Origin: an uncultured Oscillospiraceae bacterium
GTDB lineage: Bacteria > Bacillota > Clostridia > Oscillospirales > Oscillospiraceae
Reading direction: 5' to 3'
Length of the DNA: 64,000 nucleotides
NCBI GenBank assembly: GCA_947589745.1
Contig: CANQCS010000001.1
Span: 57,613-121,612 of the forward strand
In this document: positions 51,763 through 61,055 of the stretch, one piece after another
Layout: each line of letters begins with the position of its first letter
How positions within the stretch are numbered: position 1 is the stretch's first letter
Program-made: the position numbers and the translations under genes
Notes under the pieces: model-generated
The model's database searches: none
What the model saw: only the letters and a program-made list of their open reading frames with translations
What the model was told of the DNA's origin: nothing

Positions 51763-54174
51763 ATGAAAAAATGGACCCGGGCCCTCTATCAGCCCAATCT
51801 TCCTTTGACACCCGGCGGCTTTGTCACCGCCTCCCCCGCCCACGCCGCCCTGTCCCACTGGGCCGCGCGGGAGGGCATGGTGCTCCTGAAAAACGACCGC
51901 TCCCTCCTGCCCCTGGACCCCGCCGCCCCCGTGGCCCTCTTCGGCAAGGGCAGCTTCGACTACGTGAAGGGAGGCGGCGGCAGCGGCGACGTGACCGTGG
52001 CCTACACCCGCAATCTGTACGACGGACTGAAGGCGGAGGGGGTGCCCCTCTGTGAGAGCCTGTGCGGCTACTACCGGGACTATGTCTCCCGGCGGTATGC
52101 CGCCGGGGACGTCCCCGGCCTCATGGCCGAGCCGGAGCTGCCGGAGGCGCTGCTGCGGGAGGCACGGGCCTTCTCGGACACCGCTGTGATCGTCCTCAGC
52201 CGCTTCTCCGGGGAGGGCTGGGACCGGTCGGACGCGGTGTACGTGGAGCCGGGCAATCCCTGGGCCAGCGAGTCGGACCTGCCCCGGGCCGCAGCCAAGA
52301 TCTTCGGCCGCAGCGACTTCTACCGCACCGCCGCCGAGGCGGCGCTGGTAGAGCAGGTCTGCGCCTCCTTTGACCGGGTGGTGCTTGTGCTGAATGTAGG
52401 CGGCGTGGTGGACGTGTCCTGGTTCCGGGACGACAGCCGTATCGGCGCGGCTCTGCTGGCCTATCAGGGCGGCATGGAGGGCGGCTGCGCGGCGGCGGAG
52501 CTGCTCACCGGCAGGGCGACGCCCTGCGGCAAGCTGCCGGATACCTTTGCCCGGGACCTGGGCGACTACCCCTCCACGGCGCATTTCCACGACTCGCCCT
52601 GGTATGTGGACTACACCGAGGACGTGTACATGGGGTACCGGTACTTTGAGACCCTGCCCGGTGCGGCGGAGAAGGTGTGCTACCCCTTCGGCTTCGGCCT
52701 CTCCTACACCACGTTCGCGCTGGAGGTGCTGTCCACCGGGGCGGAGGACGGGACAGTCCGGGTCAACGTCCGTGTGACCAACACCGGGAGATACTCCGGC
52801 AAAGAGGTGGTGCAGCTCTACTATGAGGCCCCCTGGGGACTGCTGCAAAAGCCCCGCCGCATTCTGGGCGCATTCCGGAAGACCCGCCTGCTGGCGCCGG
52901 GGGAGAGCGAGACGCTGGAGCTTCAGTTCCCCGTGGCAGCTATGGCCAGCTTCGACGACCTGGGCAAGGTTCGGAAGTCCGCCTGGGTGCTGGAGAAGGG
53001 GCGGTACGCCCTATACCTGGGCACATCTGTCCGGGACGCCGCCGGACTGGACTTCGCCTATGAGCAGGCGGAGACGGAGGTGGTCTCCCAGCTCAGCGAA
53101 AAGCTGGCTCCGTCTCAACTGGAAAAGCGCCTGTTGGCGGACGGCACCTATGAGTCCCTGCCCGCCGCCGAGCCGGTGGACCCCAACGCCAACGCCCTGC
53201 CCCGGCTGGCTCCCGGCACCGAGGAGGCCGTCATTCCCGCTGTCCGGGGCCGGGAGCGGTACCGGATGGACCAGACCTACGCCGAGGGGGCCAAGCCCCT
53301 TCAGGCCGTGGCGGACGGGGAGATCACGCTGGATGACTTCCTCGCCCAGCTCGGCGACGCGGATCTCATCCACCTCCTAGGCGGCCAGCCCAACACCTCT
53401 GTCTCCAACACCTTCGGCATGGGCAACCTGCCGGAGTACGGCGTCCCCACCATCACCACCGCCGACGGCCCCGCGGGACTGCGGCTGGCCCCGGAGACGG
53501 GGCTCACCGCCACCGCCTGGCCCTGTGCCACCCTTCTGGCCGCCTCCTGGGACGGGGACCTGGCCGCCCAGGTGGGCGCTGCCGCCGCGGGGGAGGTGAA
53601 GGAGAACAACATCTCCGTCTGGCTGGCCCCGGCGGTGAACCTCCACCGCAGCCCCCTCTGCGGCCGGAACTTCGAGTACTGGTCTGAGGACCCGCTGCTC
53701 ACCGGCAAGCTGGCCGCCGCGATGGTCCGGGGCGTCCAATCGCAGAACGTGGCCGCCACGGTGAAGCACTTCGCCTGCAACGATAAGGAGACGAACCGCA
53801 AGCACTCCGACTCCCGCCTCAGCCAGCGGGCTCTGCGGGAGCTGTACCTGCGGGCCTTTGAGATCATCGTCAGGGAGGCCCAGCCCTGGGCGGTCATGAG
53901 CTCCTACAACATCATCAACGGCCGCCGGGCCTCCGAGAGCCGGGAGCTGCTGACGGACATCCTCCGGGGCGAGTGGGGCTACGAGGGCATGGTGATGACC
54001 GACTGGTGGAACCGGGCGGAGCACTACAAGGAGATCCTGGCGGGGAACGACCTGAAAATGGCCTGCGGCTACCCGGAGCGGGTGGAGGCGGCCATGGCGC
54101 TGGGGCTTGTGACCCGGGAGGACCTGGAGACCTGCGCCCGCCGGGTGCTGGAGCTGATCCTGAAGATCGACTGA
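51763..54174 (+). CDS. glycoside hydrolase family 3 beta-glucosidase/xylosidase-like, permuted domain order
   Basis: 803 aa. The GH3 C-terminal-type domain comes first (VLLKNDRSLLPL, GGGGSGDV, PFGFGLSYTTF), then an Fn3-like region (VTNTGRYSGKEVVQLYY). The catalytic (N-terminal-type) domain is last (KHFACNDKETNR, GYEGMVMTDW). Confidence 0.85.
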   Translation: MKKWTRALYQPNLPLTPGGFVTASPAHAALSHWAAREGMVLLKNDRSLLPLDPAAPVALFGKGSFDYVKGGGGSGDVTVAYTRNLYDGLKAEGVPLCESLCGYYRDYVSRRYAAGDVPGLMAEPELPEALLREARAFSDTAVIVLSRFSGEGWDRSDAVYVEPGNPWASESDLPRAAAKIFGRSDFYRTAAEAALVEQVCASFDRVVLVLNVGGVVDVSWFRDDSRIGAALLAYQGGMEGGCAAAELLTGRATPCGKLPDTFARDLGDYPSTAHFHDSPWYVDYTEDVYMGYRYFETLPGAAEKVCYPFGFGLSYTTFALEVLSTGAEDGTVRVNVRVTNTGRYSGKEVVQLYYEAPWGLLQKPRRILGAFRKTRLLAPGESETLELQFPVAAMASFDDLGKVRKSAWVLEKGRYALYLGTSVRDAAGLDFAYEQAETEVVSQLSEKLAPSQLEKRLLADGTYESLPAAEPVDPNANALPRLAPGTEEAVIPAVRGRERYRMDQTYAEGAKPLQAVADGEITLDDFLAQLGDADLIHLLGGQPNTSVSNTFGMGNLPEYGVPTITTADGPAGLRLAPETGLTATAWPCATLLAASWDGDLAAQVGAAAAGEVKENNISVWLAPAVNLHRSPLCGRNFEYWSEDPLLTGKLAAAMVRGVQSQNVAATVKHFACNDKETNRKHSDSRLSQRALRELYLRAFEIIVREAQPWAVMSSYNIINGRRASESRELLTDILRGEWGYEGMVMTDWWNRAEHYKEILAGNDLKMACGYPERVEAAMALGLVTREDLETCARRVLELILKID

Positions 54175-54195
54175 GGCTTTTTCTGGAGAGGAAAA

Positions 54196-54561
54196 GTGTC
54201 AAAAAGGACTTTAATGCCGCTGCCAAAGCGTTGCAATTCCTATATTTTTGGCACGGTGACGATATATGGTTCTAATTGGAGAATAATATCAAAGCACAAT
54301 TCCGAAAAAGGACGCAAAGCGAATAAGGATAAACGCGCGGAAAGGCGGCTGCACGCGATAGAATTGCGGGCATCGGGAAAAAGTGCGGCGGAACTGGCAA
54401 AAGCGACAGGTTTCCATCCGGCCTATATCACGCAGCTGTCGGCCAAATACCACAAAGGCGGGATCGAGGCGATAGCAGGAACCACTATGACGGGATACGT
54501 GAAAGCGGTGGGGCACAGGATAGGGGGAAGCCAGATCTACTGTGTGCTGAAAATCGCATAA
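54196..54561 (+). pseudogene. orphan HTH fragment resembling the N-terminus of an IS630-like transposase
   Basis: 121-aa ORF. AIELRASGKSAAELAKATGFHPAYITQLSAKYHKGGIEAIAG looks like a transposase winged-HTH, but no DDE domain follows. Lower GC than the flanks. Confidence 0.4.
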
Positions 54562-54653
54562 CTGGCGGAAAGTCATGCCGCGGAGCAAACACCCGCAGAA
54601 ACAAACCGCGATTTATCAGGACGAAATGCGCAGAGAGGCTCAAGCGCAAACGG

Positions 54654-55407
54654 ATGCGGCCAGAGATGCGACTGAGAGCGGAAGACGAGCAGCGGCATCC
54701 CATGACGCGAACAGGCAGGAGCAGCATTTTCTCTGGCTTGGTATACTGCGGCGACTGCGGCGCGAAGATGCAGTGCGGCTCGTCCGACAATGGCGACCCC
54801 AGGCAGGACTTTTTCGATTGTGCTGTCCACCGCAAGCACAAGGAGAAATGCCCCGCGCACTTTATGCGGGCATCGGTGTTGGAACGGGTAGTCCTGAAGC
54901 ACGTCCAGGCGGCCACGGATCACATCCTGCGCTATGAAGATCATTTCAGGGCGCACATGGAGGACCAAATGCGGCTGGAGACGGGTGAGCAGGTCCGGGT
55001 CCGCAAGAAAAAGCTGGAACGGGGTGAAAAGCGTATCGCGGAACTGAAACGGCTCTTCATGAAAATCTACGAGGATAACGCCTGCGGACGGTTGAGCGAC
55101 AAGCGGTTCGATATGCTGAACCAGAACTTCGAGGCCGGGCAGAAGGCGCTTAAGGCGGAGGCCGCCATCCTACAGCATGAGATCGAGGTACAGGAACGAC
55201 AGGATGAGAACATTGAAAAGTTCATCCAGAAAGCCCTGTGGGATAGATACCCTCGACGGGTACGCCCTGCATGAGCTGGTGTCCGCAGTCTATGTGGACG
55301 CGCCTGACAAAAGCATCGGCAAGCGGCGTCAGCATATCCACATCAAGTATGACGGGCTGGGCTTCATCCCGCTGGATGAACTGATGAAGGAAAGGGAAAC
55401 GGCGTGA
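54654..55407 (+). pseudogene. C-terminal remnant of a large serine recombinase (TnpX/TndX-like; zinc-ribbon plus DUF4368), frameshifted
   Basis: ORF 54654..55274 contains FSGLVYCGDCGAKMQ (recombinase zinc ribbon) and IAELKRLFMKIYEDNACGRLSDKRFDMLNQNFEA (DUF4368-like coiled coil). The expected C-terminal end (LHELVSAVYVDAPDKSIGKRRQHIHIKYDGLGFIP) continues in another frame (55177..55407). No N-terminal resolvase catalytic domain is present. Confidence 0.65.
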
Positions 55408-55508
55408 CCGAAGAGGCCACGCCGTCCCTCTAAAAACCCTCGTTTTTAACCAGTTTGAAGTTTTACTGTTTACGGATATCCCGCAGTCCGCCGCCGGGCA
55501 CATTTTCG

Positions 55509-58500
55509 TCAGGAGTCCGCGCCGCTGTCCGTCCACAGCCAGGAGAAGTTATCCCCCAGCAGCGCCCGCAGGTCCGCCACGCTTTGCAGCGTCTGGTTGG
55601 CGTAGCCGCTGCCGTATTCCGCCAGATACGCCGCCAGCGCGTCGTAGAGCGCCCGGGCGTCCGCCCGGGACCGGGCCGCCAGGATATCCCCCAGTCCCGC
55701 CAGCTCCTCCGCCGGCCGGCCTATCATATAATCCGGCAGCAGGTAGTCGTGGGTCCGCCCCTCCGTCAGGTCGAACAGTTCCACCAGCTGGGAGAGGGTG
55801 GCCCGCTCCAGGGAGTTCTCCACGCCCACGGACAGCGTCCACCCCGGCAGATTCACCGAGGCCCCGCCGGTGCCCATGTCCCGCAGAACCCAGTCCCCGG
55901 CGTCGTTTTTCTGCACCAGGCACTCCCGGCCCCAGCCGTAGTACCCGTCCCACTGTCCCCCTTCGACGGGGCCGCTGAGGCCGGAGCCTGTCTCCCACCA
56001 GCCTCTGGCCTCGCTGCTGATGTCGTCGTCGGTCGGCTGGAGGTAGAAATGAATGTTGGCGCAGAACTGCTCCGGCTGGCCGTAGTACCGGTCGAACACC
56101 TCCGCCGCCGACACCTGGAAATCCGCGGGCTTCCACGCCACCCAGTCCGGCAGCGCCATGACCCGCCGGGCGATGTCCCCGGCCAGCGCCCGGCAGGCGG
56201 CGTCCATGTCCAGGCTGCCGTCCACGCTGCCGCCGTAGAACACGCCATCGTCGACGGCCTCCTCGGCCATCCGCCGCAGGCGGACGCTGCCGCCGTCGAA
56301 CACGTCGCCCGGGTTGGTGATGTGGAAGTACCGGGTGTTGTCCCCGTCGGTGACGGCGGCCAGCTCGTCGGCGGTGCGGCAGCGGATGGAGCGGATGCCG
56401 TCGGTGATCTCGAACACCGTCCCCGGGTAGGATGCCGCCGACCAGTCTGCCGCCGTGACCTCCGTTACCTGCCCGTCCGTCATGGTGGAGGCGATGTTCC
56501 ACACGGCGTCGCCGCTGTACTCCCAGACCTGGTCGCCCTCGGTCACCCGGAGGGTGAAGTCCCGGGTGTCCGTGATGGCGGCGTAGATGTGGTTCACATA
56601 GGCCAGGGGCGTGGTGTCCGCCCGGTACGCCGCCTCCAGGAGCGCCTCATAGAGACTGGGCTGGCCGTCGCCGGTGATTTTGGCCCGGCAGTACCACCAG
56701 GTCTCCCCGTCCTCGGTCAGGGCCAGAAGGCCGCTGCTCTCCTGGCAGAGGAACAACTGGGCGTCGCCGTTGGAAATGGTCAGGGACTTGCCGCCGCCGG
56801 CCTTGTTCCACTCCGCCTCCGTAGCCGCCTCCCAGGTGTAGGTCTGGTGGATCAGGTGGCCCACGTCGCAGACGGTCCCGCCGTTTTCCGGGGTGAGGCG
56901 CATCTCCGCCCCCTGCCCGGTCCGCCCGTTGTAGAGCCGGACGGTAAAATACTGGCCGTCCGTGAGCCGGAGCAGCAGCTCCTGGGCGCAGGTGTAGGGC
57001 TCGGCGGCGAATTTTTCCTCCGTGAAGATGGGTTCCACCCCGGCCACCTCCCGGAGCAGGGCGTCCCACTTCCCCCACCATTGCTCCGCCTCCGCGCCGG
57101 TGAGGTACCGCTCCGGCACCACGCTTCCGTCCCCGTCCACGCTGACCACCAGCACAGGATTCAGCAGACCGCTAATGTCCTCCCGTATCCAAGGGCGTCC
57201 GATCAGCGTGATCGTCTGGCCGTCCACGTCGATGTCGATGGTCCCGTCCCAGGGCTGGTCCGGGTACAGGCAGTAGTAGATACTATATGCCAGATAGGTC
57301 CTGCCCCCGCTGGTCAGGCGTTCGCTGCTGATGGTATTGACCCTCACCGACCGGTTCACCACCTGTCCGGCACCCAGGGCGTCCACGGCCCCGGCGATCC
57401 GGTCGACCCACTCCCAGGCCAGATCTTCCACGGCGGTGTACAGGTCGTTGGTGAAGCTGACCACCTTCCCGTCCCGGATGGTCAAAGTGCCTACGCCGCT
57501 TCCGTCCCAACCGCTGTTATCCACCTCCAGCCGGAGGGTGTCCCCGTCCCTGGTGCCGCCGGAGACTTTCAACATGGAGTTGTAGTTGGTATCCCCGTGG
57601 GTCAGATACACCGCGTCATACCCGTCCAGCGTGTCGAACTCCGCCAGGCCGCTGGCAAAGTCCTCCGACGTGTAGCCGGTGTGTTCCTCCAGATACGCCT
57701 CCACGTCCGCCCTGTCTATGGTGAAAGAGGGGCACTCCTGGTTGCCGTAAATGGCCGCCTCCGCTTCCGTCAGCTCCCGGCTGATGCCGGCCCCGTTGTA
57801 GAGCAGTCCCTCGACGCTGAACCGCCGCACGTCGCTGTACATGTGGGTCACGAACCCGTTCCACTCCAAGCTCTCCAGCCGCTCCTGCCACTGGGCGATC
57901 TCCTCGTCCGTCAGGGTTTCCACGTCCACGCCGCTGTCCAGCCCCGCCGTGTCCCCCTGCCCCCTGGTGAAGCCGAAGGCGCAGGCCCCCAGCAGCGTGG
58001 CCGCCAGCACCACCGCCAGCGCCGCCCAGCCGAATTTCCGCCCCCGCTGTCCCAGCAGGTTTTTGAAGCGATGCCGCATGACCCTGGCCCCGCCGTAGAA
58101 GTGGGTGGACAGCACCGCCCGGTCCAGGCCCTTCTGCCGATGGACGGAGGCCAGCAGCGTCTCGCAGTAGGCCTGCCGGGTGGCCTCGTCCGTCCCGGCC
58201 ACCGCCGCCTCGTCGCAGAGCAGCTCCAGGGTTTCCCCGGCCTCCCGCCGCAGCAGCCACACCAGGGGATTGAACCAGTGGAGGGCGTTGGCGGCCAGCA
58301 CCGCCAGCTTGTACCACAGGTCCCGCCGCCGGTAGTGGGTCAGCTCGTGGCGGAGGATGAAGGCCAGCTCGCGCCCGCTGTACCCCGTCTCCGGCAGCAG
58401 CAGGCAGGGGCGGAGCAGCCCCACCACCATGGGGGAGTCCACGGCGGCGGTCACCCGCAGCCGGGGCGAGCCGTTCAAGTGCAGCTCCTGCCGGACTCGG

Positions 58501-59018
58501 TTATAGACCTCCACCGTCTCCTGTTCCGCCGGGACGCTCCACCGCCGGGCCTTGCGGCTGAACCACACGGTCCCCGCCAGATGGTACAGGGCGAACGCCG
58601 CCGCTCCCACCAGCCACAGCGCAGGCAGCAGCGTATCCAGCGGCAGGGTCCGCACCGGCGACTGGATCATCACCGCTTGGCCGGGCAGCTCCGCCTGCGC
58701 CTGGTCCCGGTCTGTCTCCGCCGGGACGGTCGCCAGCTGGTCCCGCCACGGCCCCGGCCGCAGGGCCAGTCCGGCCCTTCCGCCCACAGCCAGCTCCATC
58801 TCCGGCACCTCCACGGTGACCAGGGGCTCCGCCCGCTCCGGCAGTAGCCGGTCCCACTGTACCGGCGACAGCAGCAACGCCAAAGACAATGCCAGCCACA
58901 CCCAGTACCGCCACCGGGGGCTGTACCGTCGGTCCAGCGCCGGCTTCAGCGCCGCCACCAGCAGGGTCACCGCCCCCGCCACGGCGCTCCACTTCAGCAC
59001 ACACAGAAACACATCCAT
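55509..59018 (-). CDS. BlaR1/MecR1-like M56-family membrane metalloprotease sensor with a very large C-terminal extracytoplasmic region
   Basis: 1169 aa. The N-terminal ~330 aa have TM helices and the zinc motif ILRHELTHYRRRD. Another TM follows (FGWAALAVVLAATLLGACAF), then about 800 aa of unassigned soluble sequence. The ATG directly abuts the blaI-like stop (TAAATG). Confidence 0.8.
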   Translation of the reverse strand: MDVFLCVLKWSAVAGAVTLLVAALKPALDRRYSPRWRYWVWLALSLALLLSPVQWDRLLPERAEPLVTVEVPEMELAVGGRAGLALRPGPWRDQLATVPAETDRDQAQAELPGQAVMIQSPVRTLPLDTLLPALWLVGAAAFALYHLAGTVWFSRKARRWSVPAEQETVEVYNRVRQELHLNGSPRLRVTAAVDSPMVVGLLRPCLLLPETGYSGRELAFILRHELTHYRRRDLWYKLAVLAANALHWFNPLVWLLRREAGETLELLCDEAAVAGTDEATRQAYCETLLASVHRQKGLDRAVLSTHFYGGARVMRHRFKNLLGQRGRKFGWAALAVVLAATLLGACAFGFTRGQGDTAGLDSGVDVETLTDEEIAQWQERLESLEWNGFVTHMYSDVRRFSVEGLLYNGAGISRELTEAEAAIYGNQECPSFTIDRADVEAYLEEHTGYTSEDFASGLAEFDTLDGYDAVYLTHGDTNYNSMLKVSGGTRDGDTLRLEVDNSGWDGSGVGTLTIRDGKVVSFTNDLYTAVEDLAWEWVDRIAGAVDALGAGQVVNRSVRVNTISSERLTSGGRTYLAYSIYYCLYPDQPWDGTIDIDVDGQTITLIGRPWIREDISGLLNPVLVVSVDGDGSVVPERYLTGAEAEQWWGKWDALLREVAGVEPIFTEEKFAAEPYTCAQELLLRLTDGQYFTVRLYNGRTGQGAEMRLTPENGGTVCDVGHLIHQTYTWEAATEAEWNKAGGGKSLTISNGDAQLFLCQESSGLLALTEDGETWWYCRAKITGDGQPSLYEALLEAAYRADTTPLAYVNHIYAAITDTRDFTLRVTEGDQVWEYSGDAVWNIASTMTDGQVTEVTAADWSAASYPGTVFEITDGIRSIRCRTADELAAVTDGDNTRYFHITNPGDVFDGGSVRLRRMAEEAVDDGVFYGGSVDGSLDMDAACRALAGDIARRVMALPDWVAWKPADFQVSAAEVFDRYYGQPEQFCANIHFYLQPTDDDISSEARGWWETGSGLSGPVEGGQWDGYYGWGRECLVQKNDAGDWVLRDMGTGGASVNLPGWTLSVGVENSLERATLSQLVELFDLTEGRTHDYLLPDYMIGRPAEELAGLGDILAARSRADARALYDALAAYLAEYGSGYANQTLQSVADLRALLGDNFSWLWTDSGADS

Positions 59019-59390
59019 TTATTTCCCCTCCAGTTCGTCCAGGTAGTCCCGCAGATCGTCCAGGTCCTCTTTGCGGATGCTCTTCCCGTCGTACAGCGCG
59101 GCCACCAGCCCCTTGAAGCTGCCGCCAAACAGACGGTCCAGCACCCCCCGGCTCTCCGCCGCCATGTACTCCCGGCGCTGGATGACAGGCCGGTACAGGT
59201 TGCTCCGCCCCTGCTTCTCACAGGCCAGGAACCCCTTGTCCACCAGCCGGTTCAGACTGGTGACCACCGCCGGCAGGGCCCAGTTCCGGCTGGGCCGCAG
59301 CTTCTCGCAGACGTACACCGACGTCACCGCCTCCCCGGCGTTCCACACCGCCAGCATGATCTCCAGCTCCGCATCCCCCAGGCGCTTCAT
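59019..59390 (-). CDS. BlaI/MecI/CopY-family transcriptional repressor
   Basis: The track ORF starts at TTG 59399. I prefer ATG 59390 (AAGGAG 9 nt upstream). MKRLGDAELEIMLAVWNAGEAVTSVYVCEKL...NLYRPVIQRREY is a winged-helix penicillinase-repressor fold. Confidence 0.85.
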   Translation of the reverse strand: MKRLGDAELEIMLAVWNAGEAVTSVYVCEKLRPSRNWALPAVVTSLNRLVDKGFLACEKQGRSNLYRPVIQRREYMAAESRGVLDRLFGGSFKGLVAALYDGKSIRKEDLDDLRDYLDELEGK

Positions 59391-59416
59391 ATGCCTCAAC
59401 TCCTTATTTTATGTTA

Positions 59417-59452
59417 TACAATTGTATAAGTTAACTTTATTATACAACTGTA
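59417..59452. promoter_or_regulatory. two TACA-N2-TGTA boxes (BlaI/CopY-type operators)
   Basis: TACAATTGTA (59417-59426) and TACAACTGTA (59443-59452), in the AT-rich region directly upstream of the blaI-like gene. Confidence 0.65.
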
Positions 59453-59568
59453 TAACAAAAAAGCAAGTTACAATGCGGTTACAAAGCGCCGCGTCCCGCC
59501 GGGTCTGCCGCCAGCGCAGAAAACCTCAAAATATAAAAAATTTTACTAAATAATTTTACTACTTTGCC

Positions 59569-59597
59569 TTGACATTTGAACTTTTATCGAGTATACT
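59569..59597 (+). promoter_or_regulatory. sigma-A promoter of the infC-rpmI-rplT operon
   Basis: TTGACA (59569-59574), 17-nt spacer, TATACT (59592-59597). Confidence 0.75.
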
Positions 59598-59599
59598 AT

Positions 59600-59732
59600 T
59601 CCCGCAAAACAAAGCAGGCAGGAAGCATCCGCCTCACCCCCAGCCATGCGAAGGGGTCAACAGGGAATCCGGCGGGCCGTCAGAGCAGGCGCGCGGAATC
59701 TGTGCGGGTGCTGACAGCATCCGCGTTTTTTT
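59600..59732 (+). promoter_or_regulatory. structured 5' leader ending in a terminator-like hairpin (position expected for the L20 leader)
   Basis: About 180-nt leader between the promoter and infC. An imperfect stem GCGGAATCTGT...ACAGCATCCGC (59693-59724) is followed by GTTTTTTT. The L20-leader assignment rests on position only; I did not verify the motif. Confidence 0.4.
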
Positions 59733-59779
59733 GTTGTATTGCGTGTGATAGGATCAATACAGTAAGGAGGTGCTTCGGT

Positions 59780-60295
59780 ATTAGCATTGCAATGCATCAA
59801 CTCAATGAGGAAATTCGAGACAAGGAACTGCGCCTGATCGGCAGCGGCGGCGAGCAGCTGGGGATCATGTCCGCATCCGAGGCTCTGCGCATCGCCGAGG
59901 AGAAGGGGCTGGATCTGGTGAAGATCTCCCCCCAGGCCAATCCGCCGGTGTGCAAGCTGATGGACTACGGCAAGTACCGGTTCGAGCAGGGCAAACGTGA
60001 GAAGGAGGCCCGCAGGAACCAGCACATTGTGGAGATCAAGGAGATCCGCATGTCCCCCGGCATCGATGTGGGCGACTTCAACGTGAAGCTGAAGAACGCG
60101 CAGAAGTTCCTGTCCGAGGGCAACCGGGTGAAGGTCTCCGTCCGCTTCCGCGGCCGCGAGATGGCCCACACCGACCTCGGGAAGAAGCTCCTGGATCAGT
60201 TTGCAGAGCAGTGCGCCGGCGCCGCTAACGTTGACAAGGGAGCCAAACTGGAGGGCCGGAACATGTCCATGTTCCTCTCTCCCAAGAAACAGTGA
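59780..60295 (+). CDS. infC: translation initiation factor IF-3
   Basis: The conserved IF-3 sequence begins at ...HQLNEEIRDKELRLIGSGGEQLGIMS. AAGGAGG (59764-59770) lies 9 nt upstream of ATT 59780, and AUU starts are classical for infC. The alternative start is ATG 59792. Confidence 0.85.
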   Translation: MSIAMHQLNEEIRDKELRLIGSGGEQLGIMSASEALRIAEEKGLDLVKISPQANPPVCKLMDYGKYRFEQGKREKEARRNQHIVEIKEIRMSPGIDVGDFNVKLKNAQKFLSEGNRVKVSVRFRGREMAHTDLGKKLLDQFAEQCAGAANVDKGAKLEGRNMSMFLSPKKQ

Positions 60296-60394
60296 CCGAC
60301 GCCCCGGAGGCGATCCCGGGAGCGGGAGTAAGTTCTTTGTGGGATACCCGAGCCGGACGGGGAGGGTATCAAAATACGGAAGGAGTTTTCAATT

Positions 60395-60592
60395 ATGCCG
60401 AAACTGAAGAGCCACAGCGGCGCCAAGAAAAGATTCAACCTGACGAAGACCGGCAAGGTCAAGCGGGCCAAGGCCTTTAAGAGCCACATCCTCACCAAGA
60501 AGGATACCAAGCGTACCCGTCGTCTGCGCGCGGGCGGCTATGCTGACGAGACCAACGTGTCCGCCATCCGCAAGATGATCCCCTACAAGTAA
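60395..60592 (+). CDS. rpmI: 50S ribosomal protein L35
   Basis: 65 aa, [36 protein letters not shown]. Confidence 0.95.
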   Translation: MPKLKSHSGAKKRFNLTKTGKVKRAKAFKSHILTKKDTKRTRRLRAGGYADETNVSAIRKMIPYK

Positions 60593-60630
60593 GAACAAAC
60601 GATACGCGTTAGAAATAGGAGGCTTTTAAA

Positions 60631-60981
60631 ATGGCTAGAGTCAAAGGCGCGATGATGACGCGCAAGAGAAGAAATAAGGTCCTGAAGATGGCCAAGGGCT
60701 ATTGGGGCGCCAAGAGCAAGCACTTCAAGATGGCCAATCAGCAGGTCATGAAGTCCCTGACCTACGCTTACGTGGGCCGCCGCCTGAAGAAGCGGGATTT
60801 CCGCCGCCTGTGGATCACCCGCATCAGCGCCGCCTGCAAGATGAACGGGGTCAACTACTCCACCTTCATCCACGGCCTGAAGGCCGCCGGCGTGTCCCTG
60901 GACCGCAAGATGCTCTCCGAGCTGGCCGTCAGCAACCCCGCCGCCTTCACCCAGCTGGTGGAGATGGCGAAGAAAGCCTGA
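60631..60981 (+). CDS. rplT: 50S ribosomal protein L20
   Basis: 116 aa, [30 protein letters not shown]... Confidence 0.95.
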   Translation: MARVKGAMMTRKRRNKVLKMAKGYWGAKSKHFKMANQQVMKSLTYAYVGRRLKKRDFRRLWITRISAACKMNGVNYSTFIHGLKAAGVSLDRKMLSELAVSNPAAFTQLVEMAKKA

Positions 60982-61006
60982 AACCGATAATAGATAAATC
61001 AGAAAT

Positions 61007-61041
61007 AAATCCGTGGCCTTGCGGCCACGGATTTGTTTTTT
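61007..61041. terminator. intrinsic terminator between convergent rplT and trmB
   Basis: AAATCCGTGGCC-TTGC-GGCCACGGATTT followed by GTTTTTT. Confidence 0.85.
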
Positions 61042-61055
61042 CCATTCACGTCGGA

